From: Octopus vulgaris
Taxonomy: Eukaryota
Direction of reading: 5' to 3'
DNA: 64,000 nt
Assembly: GCA_951406725.2 (NCBI GenBank)
Contig: OX597826.1
Span: forward strand, 13,082,001 to 13,146,000
Position 1 is the stretch's first letter. The number at the start of each line of letters is the position of its first letter. Shown piece after piece: positions 1-11,160 of this stretch. Below the pieces are notes generated by a model. The model saw only the letters and a list, made by a program, of their open reading frames with translations. It had not been told where the DNA came from and searched no databases. The translations under genes and the position numbers were made by a program.

Positions 1-330
1 ACTCACAGAACAATATGAGAATTCATTAACAGTGCACTCTGATTCAGAAACAAGAAATTGCAAATAATTAGCAGATTGAGGACCGTTGATCTTGATATAA
101 ATGAAATAGTATTCATTAATCTATTCAAATTTGAATATAGTCATTGAGTAATAACTGATGAAATAACAGTTTCAAAAGAGCAAATTTCTGCCAAAAAATT
201 AGCTGTTTGTAACCAATCATTGGATTTCAGAAAAGTAATTTCCTTGAGAAATAATGTTGCAGAGAGTTCAGAATAGCAAAAGGTTTGGCCTCTGCACCAA
301 CCATAGCAGTGCTGCAGAAGTGTAACAGAA

Positions 331-836
331 AGGCGGCGAGCTGACATAAACATTAGCACGCCAGGCGAAATGCTTAGCAGTATTTTGTCTGCCGCTACAT
401 TCTGAGTTCAAATTCCACTGAGGTCAACTTTGCCTTTCATCCTTTCGGGGTCGATTAAAGTTACGCATTTAGGTCAATGTAATCAACTTAATCCCTTTGT
501 CTGTCCTTGTTTGTCCCCTCAATGTTTAGCCCCTTGTGGGCAATAAAGAAATAAGAAACGTTAGTACGCTGGGCAAAATGCTTAGTGGTATTTCGTCTGC
601 AGGTACGTTCTGAGTTCAAATTCCGCTGAGGTTGACTTTGCCTTTCATCCTTTCGGGGTCAATTAGATAAGTACCAGTTACGCACTTGGGTCGATGTAAT
701 CGACCTAATCCGTTTGTCTGTCCGTGTGTAGCCCCAGTGTGTGTAGCCCCTTGTGGGTAGTAAAGAAATAGGTATTTCGTCTGCCGTTACGTTCTGAGTT
801 CAAATCCCGCCGAGGTCGACTTTGCCTTTCATCCTT
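331..836 (+). mobile_element. tRNA-headed SINE family A (Deu/Nin-like central domain), tandem copies
   Basis: head ggcggcgagctg..., B-box gagttcaaattcc, central gcctttcatcctttcggggtcgataaattaagtaccag, tail ccccttgtggg...aaagaaata; more than 15 copies in the window. Confidence 0.85.
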
Positions 837-1088
837 GTGAATATTAAGGTCATTGAGGATGATGACTTCAAAGAAGAGTAATGTGAGGTGCATGTCCCTG
901 ATGCAGAATTAGAGATAGTCAAACAGTTGCTGGTGGTTAAATGTATTTATTGAGCAATAAGGACAACAAATAAATTAGAGGAATTGAAAAAAAAATAGAG
1001 ATTTTGAGTAAGAATATCTGGAAGACTCTGTTGTTGTTATTTATTGAGAAAGTTAAGTGATAAGGGAGAGTGTATTTGACATATAGAC

Positions 1089-1275
1089 CAGTGACTCCCT
1101 ACAGGGGCACACGTCCTACCGGTGGGGCATGGGATCCAAATTTTCTTTTTTTTTTTTTTTTTTTGCGGGACATGGAATTGTGAATATCATTTTTTACATG
1201 CGTACCACTGGTTGGGCATACATTTTTCTGCAAAGTTATAGTGCGGCCTGGGGGAAAATAGGTTGGAGAACACTG
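1089..1275. mobile_element. hAT (Charlie-like) MITE
   Basis: CAGTG...CACTG termini; 8-bp TSD atatagac/atgtagac. Confidence 0.65.
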
Positions 1276-1684
1276 ATGTAGACACTATCTTTCATAGCAA
1301 TATTTTAATACAAAATGTAGCCTGGATAACAAAGGTGGGCTACAGTCTTAGGATAGAGTTATGTGTTTCAGAGAAGGATATGATGTGTAACCTGCATGCT
1401 TATAAGAAGTAATATGTGGGGTCCATCTTGGAGAGAAGTCTGTAGTTATGTTACTAACTCCTGTCTTTTTTACCTTTTTATTAAGAAACATTTTGATTAG
1501 ATGTCATCATAAAATATGCAAAAGATTTAATAGCCTAATATAAAGAAGGATTAAAACAGTTATTTGTAAGGAGAGGAGAATAACACAATAGAAAGTGAAA
1601 ATAAAGAGCAAGAATATAGCTTAATTATCATAAAATGCCAATGTTACCATTTTAGTTAATATCTATAATTTTACCGTTTTTCAG

Positions 1685-1729
1685 GTGTTTTAGACACGCC
1701 CTCTGATTCTCAGCATTTGAAGAAAATTG
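1685..1729 (+). CDS. DDX11: DDX11 helicase exon (window exon 1; gene starts upstream of window)
   Basis: tttcag|...|gtaagt, 45 nt, phase 1-1, GVLDTPSDSQHLKKI; joins in frame to next exon. Confidence 0.8.
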
Positions 1730-1944
1730 GTAAGTTTGCTCAAATTCTCACTTTATGTTTAGCAGCGTTTCTTCTGGGTTTTTTTTTTATTTTTAGTTCA
1801 AGTACCGCCAAAGCCAACTTTGCCTTTCGTCCTTTTGGACCCAATAAAAAAAAGTACCAATTGATGTAATTAACCAACCCCCTACCCTAAAAATTGGTGA
1901 CCCTGTGCCTGGAGTTGAATTTTTTTTCCTTTTTCTTTTTCCAG

Positions 1945-2051
1945 AATCTAAAATTTTTACAATCAATGATTTCTTGTATGAAACCAAACTGGACAATATT
2001 AACTTATTTAAGATTCTACGATACTGTCAGAAAAGCCAGATTTCCAAAAAG
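1945..2051 (+). CDS. DDX11: DDX11 exon 2
   Basis: ttccag|...|gtaagt; [36 protein letters not shown] resembles the DDX11 TINDFLF..DNINLFK segment. Confidence 0.95.
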
Positions 2052-2122
2052 GTAAGTGGAACCAAGTATGAATAAAAATAAAATCATGTACTTTATTTTC
2101 CTTTTCAAGGGATCCCTATTAA

Positions 2123-2343
2123 CCCTTTCATTACTGTATTTATTTTGAGATGCTCTGTGTTTCTTTCAATTCCTTTAAATATAACAAATACTTTAGTAAA
2201 ATAACTTAGTTATCATTCAGCTAGTGTTAGGAACATAAATTGTGACTAAGGTTTGGTGGAAGATTTTAATTCAGAACTTATGAAAACTAGACATTTGTAC
2301 TACAGAGCCAGAGCCGGTTTCAGCCGGGTTGGTAATGAAAGGG
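2123..2343. mobile_element. piggyBac-like MITE
   Basis: TTAA on both sides; TIR CCCTTTCATTAC/GTAATGAAAGGG; inverted sister copy at 15268-15488. Confidence 0.85.
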
Positions 2344-2869
2344 TTAAAATGGTTATACATCCTTGCATATACAGATCTTTTCCCTTTCAACAGCAGATCG
2401 AGAAATTAATTTTTTGTAACTAAGCATTTTCAAACTTCGGACACTGGTAGAATGTGTCATATAAAACATCTTTTACTCTTAGTGTTGTTGTGAAGTTTAT
2501 ATTTTCAAAGTTATTTCGTGTTAAAGTTGTTGTATTTCGGTAATTTCAACCAATCAATGACGTGTATTCAGCTGAATAAAATTACTGTTATACTTCTGTA
2601 TGTCTGTCTGAAGGCACACTGTGTAGTGCTTAGTATAGTTTCACAAATGTTGGGTAGTAAGTTCAATATTCATACCAGGCAGTGTGTGGTTTCGAGGTTC
2701 TTCATTTCACAGTGCTTTAGTGACAAACAGCTGAAAATGGGAGCCAGCAGGAACTGACATGTTAATTTCTATAGAGTCTTATACTTTGAGTTATTTATTT
2801 GCCAGGCATAAGTTTTAGCCTTAATGGGTCTGCAGGCTCAGAGGACTTTAATGTATGTATGTATCAAAA

Positions 2870-3325
2870 TAAGTATCGAATGGAAATTGTAGTTGTGATA
2901 CCTGTGCCGGTGGCACGTAAAAAGCACTATCCGAATGTGGCCGATGTCAGCGCTGCCTTGACTGGCTTCTGTGCCGGTGGCACATGACCTGATGCGCTTG
3001 AGGAGACCTATTGAGTCAAGTACATAACATCAACATCAAAATAAATATCAAATGAAAATTGTAGTTGTGATACCTGTGCCGGTGGCAAGTAAAAAGCACC
3101 AACCGATCGTGAATGCTGCCAGCCTCCCCTGGCACCTGTGCCAGTGAAATGTAAAAAGCCACTACACTCAGGGAGTGGTTGGCGTTAGGAAGGGCATCCA
3201 GCTGTAGAAACACTACCAGATCAGATTGGAGCCTGGTGCAGCCATCTGGTTTGTCGGTCCTCAGTCAAATCGTCCAACCCATGCTAGCATGGAAAGCGGA
3301 CGTTAAACGATGATGATGATGATGT
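2870..3325 (+). mobile_element. RTE LINE 3' UTR copy
   Basis: matches 27350-27730; ends ccatgctagcatgg...(GAT)n. Confidence 0.85.
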
Positions 3326-3560
3326 TAACTGAATGAGCAGTAAGTGTCTTAGGAAGGACATCAGTCTATTACATGTAACATTACAGATGATCTGATATTT
3401 GTCCCCTGGCTGTATTTGAATTGGAACTCAACTGGACTGAAGCAGAATTGTATAGAAGTGTCCTATACTGTGCTATGGAATGGAATAAGTGGGCACTGCT
3501 CTTCAGGCACTGGACATGTTGGTCCAGTTGTTTGGCACTGGCTGTTTTGGTGTTAGAAAC

Positions 3561-3790
3561 AGACGAGCTGGCAGGAATGTTAGCACGCCGGGTGAAGTGC
3601 TTTGCGGTATTTTGTCTGACTTTACGTTCTGAGTTCAAATTACGCCGAGGTCGACTTTACCTTTCATCCTTTCGGAGGTTGATAAATTAAGTACCAGTTA
3701 TGCACTGGGGTCGGTATAATCGACTTAATCCGTTTGTCTGTCCTTGTTTGTCTTGTCTGTGTTTAGCCCCTTGTGGGTAGTAAAGAAATA
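3561..3790 (+). mobile_element. SINE family A
   Basis: full monomer; TSD ggtrttagaaac. Confidence 0.85.
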
Positions 3791-5184
3791 GGTATTAGAA
3801 ACACACACTCAAATACACACACATTAAAAAGCGCACACACACAGAAACAAATACTTAGATAAATGGCTGGATAGATTGAAAGAGAAAGAGAGAGAGATTA
3901 AAATGTATTTACTGATTTCTTCACACGTCCACATGGCCACATAAACAGAGATTATAATGAACAAAAATAGTTGAAATGGAGTTATCTCCCTTCAAATGAC
4001 ATAAATACTTCGTGGCTTTATGCTTTCGGCGAACTTTTAGTGTTTAATTAAGAAAGCATTATTATTCAAAGAAAATATTACAACGCTTTTTTGTGTTTCG
4101 AAGATGCCAATATTTTGGGGAGAAACACCAGGGCTCATCTTTCATTTCGTCATCTATTGTGACAACCAACATAAGAATCTTTTTGAGTAAGTGATGGAGA
4201 AAAAAAACAGGAAAAACTTTTCATCCTATCAGGATCACTAATATAAGATACCTGTCAGTAAAGTGCCTCGATCGATCTAATTTCTAGCCATGTATTTATA
4301 TAAGAAATCGATATTACACAATGCTTAAGGTGACCAAGCTGGCAGAATTGTTACTGTCCCAGGCAAAATGCTTTGTGGCATTTTATCTGTCTTTCCATTC
4401 TGAGTTCACATTCTGGTCTCACTTGGCTTACTGGGTCTTCTCAAGCACAGCATATTTCCAAAGGCCTCGGTCACTAGTCATTTCTTCAGTGAGGCCTAAT
4501 GTATGAAGGGCATGCTTCATCACCTCAATCAACATATATTTGCTCTTAATATGCAAGGATGGGAGAGAAAGAGAGAGAGAGATTAAAGTTCAGAATAAGA
4601 CAAATGGGGATGGTTGTCTGGATGCTGGAGATGAGGTATGTCTAACTGTACACTGAAGATGTTTTGGTAACGCTACTTTTTGGCACTAGAGGCAAACACA
4701 CACACACACACACACACGCACACTTGCAAGAAAGTTAACTTTGTCTTTCATCCTTTTGAGGTTGGTAAAATAAGTACCAGTTGAATACTGGGGTTGACGT
4801 TATTGACTGGCCCCTTCGCCTACGCTTGCAGATCATGTGCCAAAATTTGAAACCAATATTACAAAATGCTTAAGCTGGCAGAATCATTACTTTACCAGGC
4901 AGAATCATTAGCAGTATTTCACCTGTCTTTATGTTCTAAGTTCAAATTCTGCTGCAGTCAACTTTGCCTTTCATCCTTTCAGGAATCGATAAATTAAGTA
5001 CCAATTGAATACTGGAGCTGATGTAATCATCTATCCCCGCCCCCAAGCTTGCTGGCTTTGTACCAAAATTTGAAACCAGTATTATATAATGCTTGGTTGG
5101 AACAGAATGAATGGCACATTTCTGCAGTTTTTAGTTCATATCATAACCTCATTAATTAAGTTTCGTTTTGTATTGTTTTTATAG

Positions 5185-5230
5185 TTGAATGGTTTTGTGG
5201 AAAAATACCAGCCATCTTCAGTAAAATACG
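5185..5230 (+). CDS. DDX11: DDX11 exon 3
   Basis: ttatag|...|gtaaga; LNGFVEKYQPSSVKY (cf. LFGFTERY); phase 0-1. Confidence 0.9.
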
Positions 5231-5412
5231 GTAAGATGACTATTTTGATTTTTTTTTTTCATATTTTATATACAATTATTGATGTTGTTGTTATCATTAC
5301 TGTAAGGTAATGAATTGGTTGTCTTATGAGAGTGTCAGGTAGAATGCTAAGATCAGTTTAATTAAATAACTTCTCACTCCAAATTTATGAACTTGTGGGT
5401 TATATTACAAAT

Positions 5413-5820
5413 TATTTCTTTAATTGCCCACAGGAGGCTAAACATAGAGGGGACAGACAAAGGGATTAAGTCGATAACATCGACCCCAATACGTAACTGG
5501 TATTTATTTAATCAACCCCGAAAGGATGAAAGGCAAACTCGACCTCGGCGGAATTTGGACTCAGAACGTAACAGCAGACGAAATACCTATTTCTTTACTA
5601 CCCACAAGAGACTAAACACAGAGGGGACAAACAAGGGCAGACAAACGGATTAAGTCGATTACATTGACCCCAGTGCGTAACTGGTACTTAATTTATCGAC
5701 CTCGAAAGGATGAAAAACAAAGCCGACCTCAGCAGATTTTGAACTCAGAACGTAACGGCAGACGAAATACAGCTACGCATTTCACCCGACGTGCTAACGG
5801 TTCTGCCAGGTCGCCGCCTT
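5413..5820 (-). mobile_element. SINE family A dimer
   Basis: two monomers head-to-tail; about 34-bp flanking direct repeat. Confidence 0.85.
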
Positions 5821-7044
5821 AATTTATGAACTTGTGGTTATATTACAAATTATTATAACTCTCATAGATCGGTGTTGGACAAAATGCCATGCAGTATTTT
5901 GAGATCAAATTCTGCTCAGGTCAGCATTGCTTTTCATTCTCCCAGGTCTTAACAAAATAAAGTACAGTCAAATATTAGAATTGATTTACTCAATGACTGA
6001 AGCAAGTAAAAAATAAAAGAATGTTTCTAGCAATCTCCTTACATTCTTCTAAGGTTTTTAGTCTTTTGTGTTATATAAAGTTTAAATCCAAAACTTATAG
6101 TACAAGGTACACATCAATGATGATGGATTTAAAAGGTAGCGGACCATGGAACACTGGATTTAAGAGGTTCAACCTGTATCATGAATGGCATTAATGGAAA
6201 AACACTGGATTAAATGCCTTGCAGTATTTAGTTGCATCTTTTTATGTCCTGAGTTTAAATCCCTTCAGGAGCTACTTTACTCTTCAACCCTTCAGAATCT
6301 ATGAACTAAGAGACCTTGCTTGTCCTGCTTTTAACTGAAGCCCTTGGCTAATCAGAGCTTTGTGTGTGGCTTTGTTCAACGGAGACTGAAAGAAGCCCAC
6401 CCCATATATGTGTGTCTCTATGTTTTGTTGTTGTTTGTTCTTTCTTTAGCCATGCCTGGTTCATAAGAGCCGGTTTCCCAGTTTCCTTGGTGTATAGGTT
6501 CCCCAGCTGGACAGGACGCCAGTCCGTCGCAGGTGAGCTGCAAGATGCAGGAGGAAAGAGTGAGAGAAAGTTGTGGCGAAAGAGTCAGCTGACATTCGCC
6601 ATTAACTCATAAGAGACTGATAGAATAAGCACCAGACTTTAAAATAAGCATTGGGGTTGATTTGTTTGACTAAAACTCTTCAAGGCACTTTAGCAGGGCT
6701 TGCAACTGTATAGCAGCTTCCTCATGAATTTATATTAGAAAGAAATCATTACAATTATTGGTAAGAAAACAACACTGGAATGGCAGACTTTGTAGAGCGT
6801 TGAATAAAATGCCTTTTGGTATTTTTGTTAGACCCCTACACCTTTTGCATTTAAATCTTTTTTGCCTTTTGTCAATCTGATGCTGATAAGATAAATGCAA
6901 TTGTAATGCTTGTAGTTGATTTAATTGACTATTACCTCTCCCAATTTGTTGGAATTGTGTTTATTTGAGAAATAATTTTGGTGGGTAAGAAAATGCTTAT
7001 TATTTCATGGTTGAATTTTAATTTGGAACTTTTTCTTCTAATAG

Positions 7045-7149
7045 TACCTCTTTCTGTGAAAAAACCTGAGAATAGTCGTTCTGGTATTAGTCAGTTTTTG
7101 GAGCAGTTAAGCGACAAACAGAATTCTTGCAAGAATACTCCTAATAAAG
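7045..7149 (+). CDS. DDX11: DDX11 exon 4
   Basis: taatag|...|gtaagg; VPLSVKKPENSRSGISQFLEQLSDKQNSCKNTPNK; phase 1-1. Confidence 0.85.
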
Positions 7150-8253
7150 GTAAGGAATTTAAACATGTCCTTGTAATTGTTTGTGTGGTAAATAACTTGA
7201 TCTTTGAACATGTATTGAAATTATCATCGTTAACATCATCAACATCATCATTTAGCTTCTGTATTCCTTGCTGGACAGTTTAGCTTCCATATTCCGGTGG
7301 CACGTAAAAAGCACCCACTATACTCTCGGAGTGGTTGGTGTTAGGAAGGGCATCCAGCTGTAGAAACTCTGCCTTATCAAGATTGGAGCCTGGTGCAGCC
7401 ATCTGGTTCGCCAGCCCTCTGTCAAAATCGTCCAACCCATGCTAGCATGGAAAGCGGACGTTAAACGATGATGATGATGATGATTTCATGTTGAACTGTT
7501 TGACTAGATGTAGCAGGCCAGAGGACTCTGTCAAGCTCCTATGTCTGTTTTGGCTTGGTGTCTATGACTGGATGCCCTTCTTAGCAACCTTACAGTGTGT
7601 ACTGGGTGCTTTTCTGTATCACCAGCACTTGTGAGGTCACCGAGTAGCTAAAATAAATACATCATGGTAAAGTTATAATGGCTACTTAAATAAACTCCTG
7701 CCTTTAATATTCACTCGTATTTTATTTTGTGATTTAGTGGCTTCCATGCCAGTGGCACATAAAAAGCACCATTTGAACGTGATTGTTACCAGTGTCGCCT
7801 TACTGGCACTTGTGCCGGTGGTACGGGAAAAAAACATTCGAGCGAGGTCGTTGCCAGTGCCGCTGGACTGGCTCCTGTGCAGGTGGCATGTAAAAAGCAC
7901 CATTTGAGCGTGGCCATTGCCAGTACCGCCTGACTGGCCTTCGTGCCGGTGGCACGTAAAAGCACCCACTACACTCTCGGAATAAGTCCTGGGGTTGGTT
8001 TGCTCAACTAAAAGCAGTGCTCCAGCATGGCCGCAGTCAATGAAATGACTGAAACAAGTAAAAGAGTCAGGTTGTTTCATTCTTTTGTTATCATATCTCT
8101 CTTGAAATGCGCTACCATTGTTTCATTTAATTTACAAAATACACAAAGAATCTAGTAAAATGACTGTTAGTATTAAACTGGTTGATGGAAGATAAACGCT
8201 AAAATCTTGATGGAAGGTTTTTATTTCGATCACTTCAAACAGGAAGTTTATGT

Positions 8254-8667
8254 GGATCTTTTCAGTTTGAATGGCAGTTTTTTCTAGCAGTGTCATATGA
8301 AATTGTCACCCATAATTATGACCCTAGTATTGATCTATTGCATTTCAATCTGTTTTAGGGTTAGGGTTGGGGGGGAAGGGTATCTTTTTTTCTTCACAAA
8401 TGTAAATAAACCCAATCTGTTTTTTAAACGAGGGACATATTCATACGGTACAGAATGTTTTTTACCTCAATAGACATCAGTGATTGGTTGAAATTGCAGA
8501 AATTGAAGAAAAAAAAACAACAAATATCTTAGAAACTATAGAATTTTCTCAATAAAGCCGAGAAGAAAAAGATGTTTTATAAACACATTCTACCAGTATA
8601 CGAAGTTTAAAATTTTTTAGTTACCTAGAAATTATGTTAAAAACTGCCGTTCAAACCGAAAAGATCC
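8254..8667. mobile_element. GG-terminated MITE with 8-bp TSD (Merlin-like), internal TTAGGG repeats
   Basis: TIR GGATCTTTTC(A/G)GTTTGAA(T/C)GGCAGTTTTT; TSD GTTTATGT; sisters at 54770-55179 and 56215-56635; nested in a decayed piggyBac-like MITE. Confidence 0.8.
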
Positions 8668-8941
8668 GTTTATGTCAGAGATGCAGGGGTGATCTGAAGT
8701 GGGTTGCTATCAAAAGGGTTAAAACCTAACACTCAAACAATTATGAAGATATGTAGAAATAAGCAGAATAATATTAGAAAGAGAGAGTGTGGGGGTGTCT
8801 GTGCGTGTGTGATATTAGTAATGGTGTACTTGAAAATTACAATCATTATTAACCTATTAAGTGTTGTTTTTATTCCTACTCAGTTTTTTAATTTCTCTTT
8901 CACTATGCCCATGTTTCTCTTTACCAAATTTTTCTACCAAG

Positions 8942-9067
8942 TTCCCGAGCCAGTACAAATTACTAACGAACCACCTGAGATGAGATCCCCACTCATGCAT
9001 ATTGAGAGCTTTCTGGAAGCCCTGACAAATGCTGATAAAGATGGCCGTATTGTACTCAACAGGAAAA
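8942..9067 (+). CDS. DDX11: DDX11 exon 5
   Basis: ccaag|...|gtaagt; ...RSPLMHIESFLEALTNADKDGRIVLNRK; an in-frame alternative CAG acceptor lies 12 nt downstream (start 8954). Confidence 0.93.
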
Positions 9068-9149
9068 GTAAGTGCTAATATAAACAACTAACAACAAATG
9101 CACTACCATTCTTATTGTCCATTATTATATATGAGCAAAACGTATATAC

Positions 9150-9405
9150 AAACTACCATTTGTTTCATAGTTTACAGAATTATTTGGGGGACATAACTTT
9201 CACAAACCAGGAGGAGGTCGAAACTGACATTTCAGAGTTCTTCACTTTGAAACCAAAAGAGTTTTACATTGATGGGATAAAAAAGCTTGTAAATAGATGG
9301 AAGGAAGTCATAGATAATCAGGGAAAGTACATTGATGATTAAATTCCAATTAAATATAACATTTGGTCACTTTTTTTCTTTATTCAAAATTCGGACTAAT
9401 ATTGG
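9150..9405 (+). mobile_element. mariner transposase C-terminal fragment
   Basis: YHLFHSLQNYL...FYIDGIKKLVNRWKEVIDNQGKYIDD*, typical mariner C-terminus. Confidence 0.85.
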
Positions 9406-9612
9406 ACTATGAACTCTGAGGTATTAAGTCCAAATCTGGTGCAGTTATTTTCTTGTAAATTTTAGCAAATTTAATTTTACATGGTTCAGTTCATTGACCT
9501 ATAACAAAAGCCCTAGAATATGATGAATGTTTGCAAATACATTTGTCAATTTAGCCTAAACGATTATCATTCCATCTTTTTATTTTCATCTTTATTTTTT
9601 TTTTTTTTATAG

Positions 9613-9725
9613 ATCTCTTAAGTGTATCAAGTATCAAGTTCCTTTTACTTAACCCTGCTGTGGAATTTAAATGTATTGTGGATGAAGCTCGTGCTGTTGT
9701 CATTGCTGGTGGAACAATGCAGCCT
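9613..9725 (+). CDS. DDX11: DDX11 exon 6 (helicase motif III region)
   Basis: ttatag|...|gtaagt; [38 protein letters not shown]. Confidence 0.97.
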
Positions 9726-9752
9726 GTAAGTCTGAGAAAGTATTGTTATTAC

Positions 9753-9783
<31 letters not shown>

Positions 9784-10144
9784 TCCATCTTTCTTCAAAT
9801 TTTCTTCCGTTTCTCGCTGGGTGTTTTCCGTACACCTAGGGCAGAGAAGCTCATTGTATGCATTCCAAGATTACTCACGCAAATTCACAGGTAAAATATG
9901 TATTTAAAAAATTATAAACAAATAAATTCATGAATGGATGTTGTTTTCACAGCGATAATGCTCTTCTCAGTACATGAGCCGTTCCAGTTAACACGATTTT
10001 TTGCACTTACTGTAGGGATGGTAAGCCTGGTATCATTTTCAAATAGGTTTCAGTACCTTTTTTATCATTCCTAGAGATCCTACAATCACTGCTACTGTAG
10101 TCGCCTTGAGATGCCTCATGTTTTGAATTTCTATTAGCAAGTCT

Positions 10145-10176
<32 letters not shown>

Positions 10177-10627
10177 GTTGTTATTGTTATCATTATTATT
10201 ATTATTATTATTTTCCGATTGATTTGCATTTTGTTTCCTCTTCTGACTGGATCTCAGTGAGAGACCTAATGTATATATTAGATGGAAAGAAACTCTCTGA
10301 GAAGGTGGGCAGTTGATGTCAGCACAATTTTTCAAACTTCAAAGATTGTTGGTGTCTGAGGGTTCTGGTCATAAAATTTGTTGGTACCTTTTTTGCAGGG
10401 CACCCACAACAACAAGGATGATTTTGGTTAGCCACATCCTAGTTATCTCAATCACCTGATCCTTGTATTTCAACTGTTTTCCAAATTCCTTTGCTGTGAT
10501 GTTTCTATAAGTAGACACTGTCATATCAATTAACAGACATGTTTTTTGTCTTAAATCTTTGATGACAGTGTCTGGTTTGTTATCATTTATTTGCTTATCT
10601 GTATATATTCCATAATCCCATCATTGT

Positions 10628-11160
10628 TCATCATCATCGTTTAATGTCCACTTTCCATGCTAGCATGGGTTGGACGGTTTGACTGAGGTCTGGTAAACCA
10701 GATGGCTGTACCAGGCTCCAATCTTGATCTGACAGAGTTTCTACTGCTGGATGCCCTTCCTAATGCCAACCACTCCGAGAGTGTAGTGGGTGCTTTTTAC
10801 GTGGTACCGGCACAAGGCCAGTCAGGCGGGACTAGCAATGACCTCGCTCAAATCTTTTTACACTTGCCACCGGCACAGGTGCCAGTAAGACGACGTTGGT
10901 AACGATCACACTCGAATGGTGCCATTTTACGTGCCACCGGCACGGAGCCACTTGGCTGTTCTGGCAAAGATCACGCTCGGATGGTGCTCTTGGCACCCTA
11001 CTAGCACGGGCACAAGTGCTAGTAAGGCAACGTTGTTAACGATCATGCTCGAATGGTGCCCTTTTATGTGCCACTGGCACAGAAGCCAGTTAGCCGCTCT
11101 GTCAACGATCACCCTCGTATGGTGCTCTTTGCACCCCACTAGCACGGTTGCCAGTCATCC
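10628..11160 (-). mobile_element. RTE LINE 3' UTR copy
   Basis: reverse complement of the RTE 3' end with (CAT)n tail. Confidence 0.85.

Noticed and set aside
3016-3213. Recurrent peptides such as [21 protein letters not shown] and SKLLTTQP in many short ORFs
   Set aside because: Chance frames in RTE 3' UTR and SINE copies, not a gene family.
9115-9342. SETMAR-like host gene
   Set aside because: Only a mariner C-terminal fragment; no SET domain or exon structure.
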